DNA of 41,153 nucleotides from Burkholderiales bacterium (lineage in GTDB: Bacteria; Pseudomonadota; Gammaproteobacteria; Burkholderiales; SG8-41): NCBI GenBank assembly GCA_919902235.1, contig CAKKQX010000296.1, positions 1 through 41,153 of the forward strand, written 5' to 3'. The notes below the pieces were generated by a model. That model was given only the letters and a program-made list of their open reading frames with translations, had not been told where the DNA came from and did not search any database. Positions 25,055 to 33,396 of the stretch are shown one piece after another; the first letter of the stretch is position 1, and each line of letters starts with the position of its first letter. Made by a program: the position numbers and the translations under genes.

Positions 25055-25602
25055 CAGCGCTGCTCCTGCTGCTTTTCAGCGGGATCGTCCGGGAGCGCGC
25101 CCAGCAAAAACGCAGCGCGTTTGATAATTTCGGAAATTCCCTGCAGCACCAGCAGGGCAAAACCGACGGGAATCAGCAGCTTGACCGGCCAGCGCAGCAG
25201 TCCGCCGGCGTCACTCGATATTTCGTGGCCGATGTACGACTGCATGAACATCGGCCACGACAAAACCATGATGAGGACAGCCATGGGCATCAGGAACAGC
25301 AGTCCGCCGATGATGTCTATCCAGGCCTGGCCGCGGTGCGACAACCTGCCGGCCACCACATCGATGCGCACATGCTCGTTTTTCTTGAGGGTGTAACCTG
25401 CGCCCAGCAGAAAAACCGCGGAGAACAGGTACCACTGAATCTCCAGCCAGGCGTTGGAACTCAGGTTTAGCGAGTAGCGGACGGTGGCATTGCCGGCGCT
25501 GACCAGCACTGCGACCAGCACCAGCCAGCCGATGACGCGGCCGACGCGTTCATTGAGCGCGTCTATAAGCCGCGATAGCGCCAGGAATACTTTCACCGCC
25601 AC
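25054..25602 (-). CDS. TRAP transporter small permease subunit (DctQ family)
   Basis: 182 aa with four predicted TM segments. LSRLIDALNERVGRVIGWLVL...NATVRY matches the DctQ pattern. Translationally coupled to the DctM gene. Confidence 0.85.
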   Translation of the reverse strand: MAVKVFLALSRLIDALNERVGRVIGWLVLVAVLVSAGNATVRYSLNLSSNAWLEIQWYLFSAVFLLGAGYTLKKNEHVRIDVVAGRLSHRGQAWIDIIGGLLFLMPMAVLIMVLSWPMFMQSYIGHEISSDAGGLLRWPVKLLIPVGFALLVLQGISEIIKRAAFLLGALPDDPAEKQQEQR

Positions 25603-25780
25603 TGCCCCTTGTGGTCACGCCGCTGTGCATCATACGTGGCAAACCCGAAACGCGGCAAAAGCTTCAGGATCGCATTATGCTTTGTCGCATGTCGAGCGGC
25701 GCCGCTCAATGCGCACGGTTGCCACAATGACTGTCGCGAGCCAAAGGTGAAATTAAACGTGGTAAAATCAACTATTTAGA

Positions 25781-25812
25781 TAGCTGCCAGATTGCCAGAT
25801 TAGCTGCCAGGT
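25781..25812. repeat. Short tandem repeat TAGCTGCCAGAT / TGCCAGAT / TAGCTGCCAGGT
   Basis: Read directly, 45 nt upstream of the glyA ATG. Confidence 0.8.
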
Positions 25813-25856
25813 AGTCGCTGTTATCCTATCGTTACTATTTTTCTGTGCGGGCGCTC

Positions 25857-27107
25857 ATGTATTCCCTTAAAGATACCATTGAAGGTTTCGATCCCGAAGT
25901 CTGGCGCGCCATCGAACAGGAATATCAACGCCAGGAAGATCATCTGGAGCTGATTGCGTCGGAAAACTACGCGAGCCCGCGGGTGATGCAGGCGCAGGGA
26001 TCGGTGCTCACCAACAAGTATGCCGAAGGTTATCCCGGAAAACGCTATTACGGCGGCTGCGAATTCGTCGATATTGCCGAGCAGCTGGCGATAGATCGCG
26101 CCAAAAAACTTTTTAACGCCGGTTATGCCAATGTGCAGCCGCATTCGGGCGCCCAGGCCAACCAGGCTGTCTACGCCGCAGTGCTGCGTCCCGGCGACGT
26201 GCTCCTGGGCATGGGGCTGGACGCCGGCGGCCATCTTACTCACGGCGCATCGGTCAATATCAGCGGCCGTTATTATGCCGCCGCAGCTTACGGTCTGGAT
26301 GCGGAGACCGAGGCTATCGACTATGCCGAAGTCGAGGAACTCGCCCATGTCAAAAAACCCAAGCTCATCATTGCCGGCGCATCCGCTTATTCACTGGTCA
26401 TCGACTGGAAGCGCTTTCGCGCCATTGCCGACCACGCCGGCGCGCTGCTGATGGCTGACATTGCGCATTACGCCGGATTGATCGCCGCAGGACTTTACCC
26501 GAGTCCGGTCGGCATTGCCGATTTCGTGACCAGCACCACGCACAAGACGCTGCGCGGGCCCCGCGGCGGACTGATCCTGGCCAATGCCGAACACGGCAAA
26601 GTGCTCGACTCGGCCATATTCCCCGGCACCCAGGGCGGGCCGCTGATGCATGCCATCGCGGCCAAGGCGGTGGCTTTCAAGGAAGCGATGAGCCACGAAT
26701 TCAAGCTGTACCAGGAGCAGGTGCTGGATAACGCCCGGGTGATGGCCAAGGCGCTGCAGGAGCGCGGCTTGCGCATCGTGTCCGGGCGCACCGAATGCCA
26801 TCTGTTCCTGGTCGATCTGCGCAGCAAAAAACTGACCGGCCGCCAGGCCGAGGATGCACTGGGCCGCGCGCACATCACGGTAAACAAGAATTCGGTGCCC
26901 GATGATCCGCAGCGGCCCACCGTGACCAGCGGCATCCGTATCGGGTCGCCGGCGATCACCACGCGCGGGCTGAAGGAAATCGAGGCCGAGCAACTGGCCA
27001 ATCTGATCGCCGATGTGCTCGATGCGCCGGAAAACGACAAGGTGATCAGGCAGGTTGCCGATGAAGTGAAGAAGATGTGCGCGAAATTCCCGGTGTATGG
27101 CCATTGA
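25857..27107 (+). CDS. glyA: Serine hydroxymethyltransferase
   Basis: [14 protein letters not shown] and the PLP-lysine box [12 protein letters not shown]. 416 aa from the ATG at 25857; the track uses a GTG at 25845. Confidence 0.95.
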   Translation: MYSLKDTIEGFDPEVWRAIEQEYQRQEDHLELIASENYASPRVMQAQGSVLTNKYAEGYPGKRYYGGCEFVDIAEQLAIDRAKKLFNAGYANVQPHSGAQANQAVYAAVLRPGDVLLGMGLDAGGHLTHGASVNISGRYYAAAAYGLDAETEAIDYAEVEELAHVKKPKLIIAGASAYSLVIDWKRFRAIADHAGALLMADIAHYAGLIAAGLYPSPVGIADFVTSTTHKTLRGPRGGLILANAEHGKVLDSAIFPGTQGGPLMHAIAAKAVAFKEAMSHEFKLYQEQVLDNARVMAKALQERGLRIVSGRTECHLFLVDLRSKKLTGRQAEDALGRAHITVNKNSVPDDPQRPTVTSGIRIGSPAITTRGLKEIEAEQLANLIADVLDAPENDKVIRQVADEVKKMCAKFPVYGH

Positions 27108-27108
27108 C

Positions 27109-27141
27109 AGGAAAGGAGAGAGGAGAGAGGAGAGAGAGGGG
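27109..27141. repeat. 33-nt uninterrupted homopurine tract, (GGAGAGA)n-like mirror repeat
   Basis: aggaaaggagagaggagagaggagagagagggg begins 2 nt after the glyA stop. A pyrimidine-rich direct repeat CCTGTC(A/G)C x3 plus CCTCTCCC lies at 27193-27227, just before the nrdR ATG. Confidence 0.9.
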
Positions 27142-27227
27142 CTAAGCCCGGCCTTTCTTACTGCGGCTGCGCCCTCGGCTGGCTGCGTCCATCGCCTGTC
27201 ACCTGTCGCCTGTCGCCTCTCCCGCCT

Positions 27228-27692
27228 ATGAAATGCCCATTCTGCAAATCCGCCGATACACAGGTCATCGACTCGCGCGTCAGCGATGATGGCGACAGCA
27301 TACGCAGGCGCCGGCGTTGCGCGGACTGCAGCAAGCGTTTTACCACGTATGAAACGGTCGAATTGCGCATGCCGCAGGTCGTCAAACAGGACGGCAGTCG
27401 CACCGAGTTCGATCTGGAGAAGCTGCGCACCGGTTTCATGCGCGCGCTTCACAAACGGCCGGTGCCGACATCCCTGGTCGACGAATCGGTCGCAACAATA
27501 ACTCAGAACGTGCTATCGCTCGGCGAGCGGGAGATCGCGTCGCGGCGCATCGGCGAGATGGTGATGCGCGAACTGCACAAACTCGACCAGGTGGCCTATA
27601 TTCGCTTCGCTTCCGTCTACAAGAGTTTCGAGGATATAGACGACTTTCAGGACGCGATCAAGGAAGCGCAACGCCCTGTGGGCAGGAAGTAA
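27228..27692 (+). CDS. nrdR: Transcriptional repressor NrdR
   Basis: [17 protein letters not shown]...[16 protein letters not shown] zinc ribbon followed by an ATP-cone. 154 aa. Confidence 0.95.
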   Translation: MKCPFCKSADTQVIDSRVSDDGDSIRRRRRCADCSKRFTTYETVELRMPQVVKQDGSRTEFDLEKLRTGFMRALHKRPVPTSLVDESVATITQNVLSLGEREIASRRIGEMVMRELHKLDQVAYIRFASVYKSFEDIDDFQDAIKEAQRPVGRK

Positions 27693-27702
27693 GTGGCTTG
27701 CA

Positions 27703-28794
27703 ATGTCCGCCGCTGAAGATCGCTGCCATATGCTCCGCGCGCTGGAACTTGCGCGGCGCGGCCTTTACACAACCACGCCCAATCCGCGCGTGGGTTGCGT
27801 AATCGCGCGCGACGGCGAGGTCGTCGGCGAGGGCTGGCATGAAAAGGCCGGGGCGCCGCATGCCGAAGTCAGCGCGCTGCGCGCAGCAGGCGCCAGCGCG
27901 CGCGGCGCAACCGCCTACGTGTCGCTCGAGCCCTGCGCCCATCACGGCCGTACGCCGCCTTGCAGCGACGCCCTGATCGCGGCGGGAATCGCGCGCGTGG
28001 TCGCGGCCCTGCGCGACCCCAACCCGCAGGTGGCAGGCAGGGGATTGCGGGCGCTCGAAGATGCGGGCATTGCCACCGGCTGCGGCGTGCTCGAGGACGA
28101 GGCGCGCGAACTCAATATCGGGTTTGTGTCGCGCATGACGCGCGGCCGGCCGTGGGTCCGCCTGAAGCTTGCGGCCAGCCTCGACGGCAAGACCGCGCTG
28201 CTCAACGGCAAAAGCCAGTGGATCACCGGCGCGGCGGCGCGACGCGACGGCCACCTGTGGCGCGCGCGCGCCTGCGCGGTGCTGACCGGCATCGGCACCG
28301 TGAAAGACGACGATCCGCAACTCACCGTGCGCGAGATCGAGACAGCGCGCCAGCCGCTGCGCGTCGTCGTCGACAGCCGTCTGGAGACGCCGCTTGGCGC
28401 GAAAATCCTGGCCGGCGGCGGCACGCTGGTGGTGGGAGCGGCGGCGGACAGCGCGCGCATGGACGCACTTGAAGCCGCGGGCGCGCAGGTGCTGATGCTG
28501 CCGAATGCGGCAGGCAAGGTAGCGCTTGGCGAACTGATGCGGGAGCTCGGCCGGCGCGAAATCAATGAGCTGCATGTCGAGGCCGGATTCAGGCTCAACG
28601 GCTCGCTGCTGCAGGAAGCTTGCGTCGACGAACTGGTGGTTTACCTGGCGTCGCATCTCATCGGCGACGCCGCGCGCGGCATGTTCCATTTGCCCGAGCT
28701 CAAGGATCTTGACGGGCGGCGCCAGCTCGACATCCGGGACTTGCGGATGATCGGCGGGGATATTCGCATTACAGCCAGAGTGACCAACGCATAA
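27703..28794 (+). CDS. ribD: Bifunctional diaminohydroxyphosphoribosylaminopyrimidine deaminase / 5-amino-6-(5-phosphoribosylamino)uracil reductase
   Basis: Deaminase motifs HAEV and EPCAHHGRTPPC, plus a C-terminal reductase domain. 363 aa. Confidence 0.93.
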   Translation: MSAAEDRCHMLRALELARRGLYTTTPNPRVGCVIARDGEVVGEGWHEKAGAPHAEVSALRAAGASARGATAYVSLEPCAHHGRTPPCSDALIAAGIARVVAALRDPNPQVAGRGLRALEDAGIATGCGVLEDEARELNIGFVSRMTRGRPWVRLKLAASLDGKTALLNGKSQWITGAAARRDGHLWRARACAVLTGIGTVKDDDPQLTVREIETARQPLRVVVDSRLETPLGAKILAGGGTLVVGAAADSARMDALEAAGAQVLMLPNAAGKVALGELMRELGRREINELHVEAGFRLNGSLLQEACVDELVVYLASHLIGDAARGMFHLPELKDLDGRRQLDIRDLRMIGGDIRITARVTNA

Positions 28795-29384
28795 TGTTCA
28801 CCGGAATCGTTGCCGCAGTGGGAAAAATTGCCGGGGTCAGACCGACGCCGGGCGGCGTCGCGCTCACCGTGGATGCGGGGGCGCTGGCGCTGGATGACGT
28901 GGTGGCAGGCGACAGCATTGCGGTCAACGGCGTGTGCCTGACGGTGACCGCGTTGCGGCAGGCCGTCTTCGAGGCCGACGTGTCGCAGGAAACGTTGCAC
29001 TGCGCCGCAGGATTCACCGAAGAAGCCCGCGTCAATCTGGAAAAAGCCCTGCGCCTGTCCGACCGCCTCGGCGGTCATCTGGTAAGCGGTCACGTCGACG
29101 GCGTGGGCGATGTCAGGCGCTTCGAGGCAGCGGGCGACAACCGCCTGCTGCGGGTTGCCGCGCCTGCGGACATCGCGAAATACATCGCGCATAAAGGTTC
29201 GGTCACGATCAACGGTGTGAGCCTGACGGTGAACGAGATTGACGGTGTTGAATTCACGGTCAACCTGATCCCGCACACGCTGCAGGCGACCAATCTGCGG
29301 CACGTTCAGCCCGGCGACCGCGTCAATCTTGAAGCCGACATCATGGCGCGATATGTCGAACGGCTTCTAACGACGTCCAAGTAA
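28794..29384 (+). CDS. ribE: Riboflavin synthase (alpha chain)
   Basis: MFTGIV start. Internal duplication GDSIAVNGVCLTV / GSVTINGVSLTV. TAATG overlap with ribD. Confidence 0.93.
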   Translation: MFTGIVAAVGKIAGVRPTPGGVALTVDAGALALDDVVAGDSIAVNGVCLTVTALRQAVFEADVSQETLHCAAGFTEEARVNLEKALRLSDRLGGHLVSGHVDGVGDVRRFEAAGDNRLLRVAAPADIAKYIAHKGSVTINGVSLTVNEIDGVEFTVNLIPHTLQATNLRHVQPGDRVNLEADIMARYVERLLTTSK

Positions 29385-29394
29385 GTCTCTATAT

Positions 29395-29520
29395 TTATAG
29401 TTGACGGAGCTTCGCTACAGCCCGCTCGGAGCCATACTGCTTCTTCGCCATACATTGACTCCTTCTTCCAAGTTGAACACTACAACATTCAACCCGGCAC
29501 AGAAAAAGCCAGTCAGGTCA
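29395..29520 (-). mobile_element. Possible stub of an IS3-family insertion sequence (left inverted repeat, RBS and first 18 codons of orfA)
   Basis: The minus strand reads TGACCTGACTGGC... (IS3-like TGA terminus at 29520), then GAAGGAG, 7 nt, and ATG at 29451 encoding MAKKQYGSERAVAKLRQL*. This resembles the x-E-E/Q-I-V-A-K-L-R-Q N-termini of some IS3-family OrfA proteins. Very short and called from memory only. Confidence 0.3.
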
Positions 29521-29581
29521 CTTTAATCTCTGCGTCAACTTACCTGCAAAGCACGCACCTACACCTATCAAGTAAATCGAC

Positions 29582-30016
29582 CTAAACCTTTTTTAATCGC
29601 TCGGGCTCGACGATCGCTTCCACCTCGATCTCGATCATCGCGTCGCGATGGCCGAGTCGTACCACCTCAATGAGTACACTCGCTGGCCGATTCTTCTTGA
29701 AATATTCGAATCGCACTGCCGAGCACCGATAATACTCATCGATGTCGGTGACGTAGGTCGTCGATCGCACCACATCATCAAAGGTTGCACCGGCGTACGC
29801 GAGCCCCTTCCGGAGGTTTTCACACACCTTTCGCAACTGAGTGGTCATATCGCCTTTTCCGACGATTTCCCCCGTTGGCTCTCTCGCCATTTGGCCGGCG
29901 AGGTACACGTGAGCGTGGTCCTTGCCATGTACCGTCACGACTGGCACATATAGCAAATTGCCGTTTTCCACACGCTTCCACATGTCGTCCGGACACAAAA
30001 ACTGCCGCTCGATCAT
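29582..30016 (-). CDS. Rid (YjgF/YER057c/UK114) family protein, non-RidA subgroup
   Basis: 144 aa. VYLAGQMA...GDMTTQLRKVCENL...VRSTTYVTD...RPASVLIEVVRL...MIEIEVEAIV follows the Rid fold pattern. The RidA Arg105 position is Ser. Confidence 0.8.
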   Translation of the reverse strand: MIERQFLCPDDMWKRVENGNLLYVPVVTVHGKDHAHVYLAGQMAREPTGEIVGKGDMTTQLRKVCENLRKGLAYAGATFDDVVRSTTYVTDIDEYYRCSAVRFEYFKKNRPASVLIEVVRLGHRDAMIEIEVEAIVEPERLKKV

Positions 30017-30025
30017 CGTTTTCTC

Positions 30026-31018
30026 CTATTCGGGCTTGATGCCAACTGTTTTCACGATTCGATCGTACTTCTCGTGCTCCGCCGCGAGGAAGTCGCGCAT
30101 CTGCTGAGGAGAGCGCAGCGACGGTTCCGCCGCCTGGGCTTTCAGTTTTTCGCCCACTTCCTGCGAAGATACGGCCTTCGAGATCTCCGCGTGCAGCCGT
30201 TTTTGTACGTCGGTCGGCAGACCCCTCGGCGCGGCGAGGCTGTGGAACTCGAGAACCTCGTACCCCTTGATTCCGGATTCATCCAGCGTTGGAACCCCCG
30301 GCAGATAGCGCGAGCGCTGGAGACTGGTCACCGCCAACGCGCGCAGCTTGGCGCTTTGCGCTATCGGCGCAGCCTGAAACGCGTTCAAAAAGATCATTTC
30401 GATTTCACCGCCGAGCGTCGCGTTGACCGACATGATCCCGGCCTTGTACGGAACGTGACTGATGTCCGCACCCGACATGCTCTTGAAGTACTCGCCCATC
30501 AGGTGTGTAATCCCGCCCGTGCCGCCGGAGCCAAAGCGGACCATGTTCGGCTTCGATTTCGTGAGCGATACCAGGTCTGCTACCGAACGTGCCGGCAGAC
30601 TTGGGTGTACCAACAAGACGTTAACGATTGTCGCCACGGTGGTAAGCGGCGTAATGTCCCGGGCGAGATCGTAGGGCGCTTTGCCATAGACGATCGGCAC
30701 GATCACCTGCGTATTGCCGATGGTCATGATCGTATAACCATCAGCGGCCGAGCGTACTGCTGCTTCCATGCCGATTCTGCCGGCCGCGCCGGGCCTGTTA
30801 TCGACAAGCACCTGCTGGCCCAGCTGCTCGGTGAGCTTCTGCGCGACGATGCGCGCGATCAGGTCGTAGCTCCCACCCGCTCCGTAAGGAGCAATCAGAC
30901 GTATTGGTTTTGTGGGAAAGGTTTGCGCCTCCGCCAGCGACAACCCGAACAGTGCGCAGGTCGCAAACAACAGAACACTTGCGCGGAGATGCATCTTCAG
31001 CGTGACATTGCGAGGCAT
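30026..31018 (-). CDS. Bug-family (TctC-like) substrate-binding protein
   Basis: Signal peptide, then FPTKPIRLIAPYGAGGSYDLIARIVAQKL...VDNRPGAAGRIG...AADGYTIM. 330 aa. 9 nt upstream of the Rid gene. Confidence 0.87.
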   Translation of the reverse strand: MPRNVTLKMHLRASVLLFATCALFGLSLAEAQTFPTKPIRLIAPYGAGGSYDLIARIVAQKLTEQLGQQVLVDNRPGAAGRIGMEAAVRSAADGYTIMTIGNTQVIVPIVYGKAPYDLARDITPLTTVATIVNVLLVHPSLPARSVADLVSLTKSKPNMVRFGSGGTGGITHLMGEYFKSMSGADISHVPYKAGIMSVNATLGGEIEMIFLNAFQAAPIAQSAKLRALAVTSLQRSRYLPGVPTLDESGIKGYEVLEFHSLAAPRGLPTDVQKRLHAEISKAVSSQEVGEKLKAQAAEPSLRSPQQMRDFLAAEHEKYDRIVKTVGIKPE

Positions 31019-31077
31019 GGCAGGCTCCTTTCAGTGTGAGTGGGGTTACATGCTGTTGCGGGCTTCTTGCATGCTGG

Positions 31078-31842
31078 CTAGATCGGCAGATTCACGGAGA
31101 AGCGAAACTGGTAGTACTGGCTCAGAAACGTGGTGCATCCATATGCTAGCGGCTTGCCATGGAACAAATACGTAAGGTTCTTGACGAGCACCGGCACGCC
31201 TGCTTTGGTTCCGAGCACACGGGCAAGCTCGGCGTCCGCAAGACCGCTCGTCACCTCCGCATGCAATTGGGCCGAGTGTTCGCCGGTTGCTTTCTTCAGC
31301 AGCACCAGCATGGGCTCGCTCTCGGCGTAGTGCGACGAGATGCGCTTGCCCAAGGCATCCGGAAAGTACCGCTCTTCGAGACCTACCGGAATGCCGTCTA
31401 CCTTGCGCAAGCGTCGCAAGTGCCACACATCCTCGTGAGCTTCGAGCTGAAGCGCGCACCGCACTGTTTCCGGCGCGCGCACACGTTGCCAATCGAGGAG
31501 GCGCAGCTGGACACTGCGCTTTGCGGCTTTCATCTCACCCTCGAAGCCGTGGGTCATCTCGTGTCGAAGTCGCGGCGCGACAAAAGTGCCGCGCCCTTTC
31601 TGCCTCACGACGAGGCCACTCCGTGTCAGATGATGCATCGCCTGACGCACTGTGGGGCGGCTCACGTGGAAGTGCTGCACGCAGGCTGCCTCTGAAGGAA
31701 GCACTTTGCCAACAGCGCTCTTCCCCGCGTGCTCGATCAGGTTGGACAGGCTTTCGGCAAGCTGCATGTAAAGAGGTACAAAACTTCGAGTGTCGAGCGG
31801 CTCGACCTCAGCAAGCTGAAAAGCAGATTCTGTATTATTCAT
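31078..31842 (-). CDS. GntR-family transcriptional regulator, HutC/UTRA subfamily
   Basis: From the ATG at 31842: winged-HTH LPSEAACVQHFHVSRPTVRQAMHHLTRSGLVVRQKGRGTFV and a UTRA-like C-terminal half. The upstream 159 track codons overlap the divergent gene and are rejected. Confidence 0.85.
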   Translation of the reverse strand: MNNTESAFQLAEVEPLDTRSFVPLYMQLAESLSNLIEHAGKSAVGKVLPSEAACVQHFHVSRPTVRQAMHHLTRSGLVVRQKGRGTFVAPRLRHEMTHGFEGEMKAAKRSVQLRLLDWQRVRAPETVRCALQLEAHEDVWHLRRLRKVDGIPVGLEERYFPDALGKRISSHYAESEPMLVLLKKATGEHSAQLHAEVTSGLADAELARVLGTKAGVPVLVKNLTYLFHGKPLAYGCTTFLSQYYQFRFSVNLPI

Positions 31843-31965
31843 ATAAATGATAGAACGTGCGGATATCTTTACAAATATGCAAGCACGTGTCAACATGGGT
31901 GCACATCTTTCGCATTCGCAGGGTGCCCCGACTTCACCCCAGTCTCTTGCAGAGGAAGAGGAGCC

Positions 31966-33255
31966 ATGGACCGTAAAACCATCAGTGAAATCGTCGAAAC
32001 CGTCAGTCCCGAACGATGCGCCGAACTCGCCGTGGCACTGGTCGATGTTCCCAGCCTGACCGGAAACGAGCAGCCAATCGCTGAGTGTGTGCATGGAATT
32101 CTCGGCGAGATGGGCGCCGATACTTATATGCAGGAGTTCGAGCCTGGACGCTACAACGCGATCGGCCGGATCCGCGGGCGGGGCGACGGCGCGACCCTGC
32201 TGCTCAACGGCCATATGGATATCGCCTTCTCCGGCACCGAGCCGTACCTGCCGAAGGGTCCCGGCTACCAGCCGAAAGCTGTGGTCAAAGATGGCTGGAT
32301 TTATGGCATGGGCGTGCACAACATGAAAGGGGGGTGTGCAGCCTTTCTTGCCGCAGCAGAAGCCATCAGGAAGTCAGGAATCGAGCTGCGCGGCGACCTG
32401 CTGATGGCGTTCGTCGGCGGCGAAATCGAGCGCCACTCCATCAACCAGTACCAAGGCGCAAGCTTTCGCGGCGGTGGCTGCGGGACCAAGCACTTCGTGA
32501 CAAACGGTGGCATCGCAGACATGGCGGTGGTGGGCGAGCCCACCCGCATGATGCTCATCAACGAACACGTCGGCTCCGTTGCGGTGCGTATTACGACCCG
32601 GGGCATGCCGGCTCCGTTGCGCGTCTCCGACCATGGTTCCAACGCGATCAAAAAGATGCAGGTGCTGATCGACGTATTCGACGCCTACGCGGAGGAATAT
32701 TCCATGCGCCACGCATACAAGGACGGACATGCGACGGTGCACATGCATTCGATCGAAGGGGGCTGGCCTTTCCGCTGCAATCGCGTGCCGATCTTCTGCC
32801 ACGTTTTTCTAGAGTATCGGCTCATGCCTAACCAGAAGGTGAACGAAGTGCCGCTCGACCTCGAGCTGCTGCTCAATCGAGTCCGGCAGAAGCGGCCCGA
32901 CATCACATTCGACACCGAGTTTTTCGTGACGCTTCCCCCGGCTCAGGATTGCTCCAAGACCTGCATCGCGGATGCGATACGCGTGGCGCACAAGAGTGTG
33001 ACGAACACGCCGCCGGAAGAAGGCATCGGGCTTTTCTATTCGGACGCGAGTCATTTGCAGGCATACGGCATCCCTGCCATCAACTACGGACCCTCGGGTC
33101 GGACCATCACCAACAAGGAAAACTGGGACCCCGAAATCGGGGAGCATTTGAGTATAGAGGACCTCACCGAGACGGCAAAGGTCTATACCGCGCTCGCGCT
33201 CGATGTCTGCAGCAAGACGCGGGAAGAATTGGGCCTGCGCCCGCCGGGTCTCTGA
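31966..33255 (+). CDS. M20-family metallohydrolase (ArgE/DapE/ACY1/CPG2-like deacylase or peptidase)
   Basis: The ATG at 31966 follows GAGGAAGAGGAG. LTGNEQPIAE, LLLNGHMDIAF (His-x-Asp metal site), GGEIERHS and the FYSDASHL region. 429 aa. Confidence 0.8.
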   Translation: MDRKTISEIVETVSPERCAELAVALVDVPSLTGNEQPIAECVHGILGEMGADTYMQEFEPGRYNAIGRIRGRGDGATLLLNGHMDIAFSGTEPYLPKGPGYQPKAVVKDGWIYGMGVHNMKGGCAAFLAAAEAIRKSGIELRGDLLMAFVGGEIERHSINQYQGASFRGGGCGTKHFVTNGGIADMAVVGEPTRMMLINEHVGSVAVRITTRGMPAPLRVSDHGSNAIKKMQVLIDVFDAYAEEYSMRHAYKDGHATVHMHSIEGGWPFRCNRVPIFCHVFLEYRLMPNQKVNEVPLDLELLLNRVRQKRPDITFDTEFFVTLPPAQDCSKTCIADAIRVAHKSVTNTPPEEGIGLFYSDASHLQAYGIPAINYGPSGRTITNKENWDPEIGEHLSIEDLTETAKVYTALALDVCSKTREELGLRPPGL

Positions 33256-33396
33256 TCAGCACCCCTTGGCAGCGAACGTAACGGAAAGCATGCACACTTG
33301 AGCGATGCTGAGGGAATTGCCAATTCCACCTGCACGCAGGCTCGGAGGCGCCGGGCCTGCGTGCAGGTGCGACTTTTTGAAAATGAAGGAGCGCGC

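Noticed and set aside
25603-25856. ZTP (pfl) or other riboswitch upstream of glyA.
   Set aside because: The conserved CCGCCTGGGC/GGGTCGTGAC-type elements are not present.
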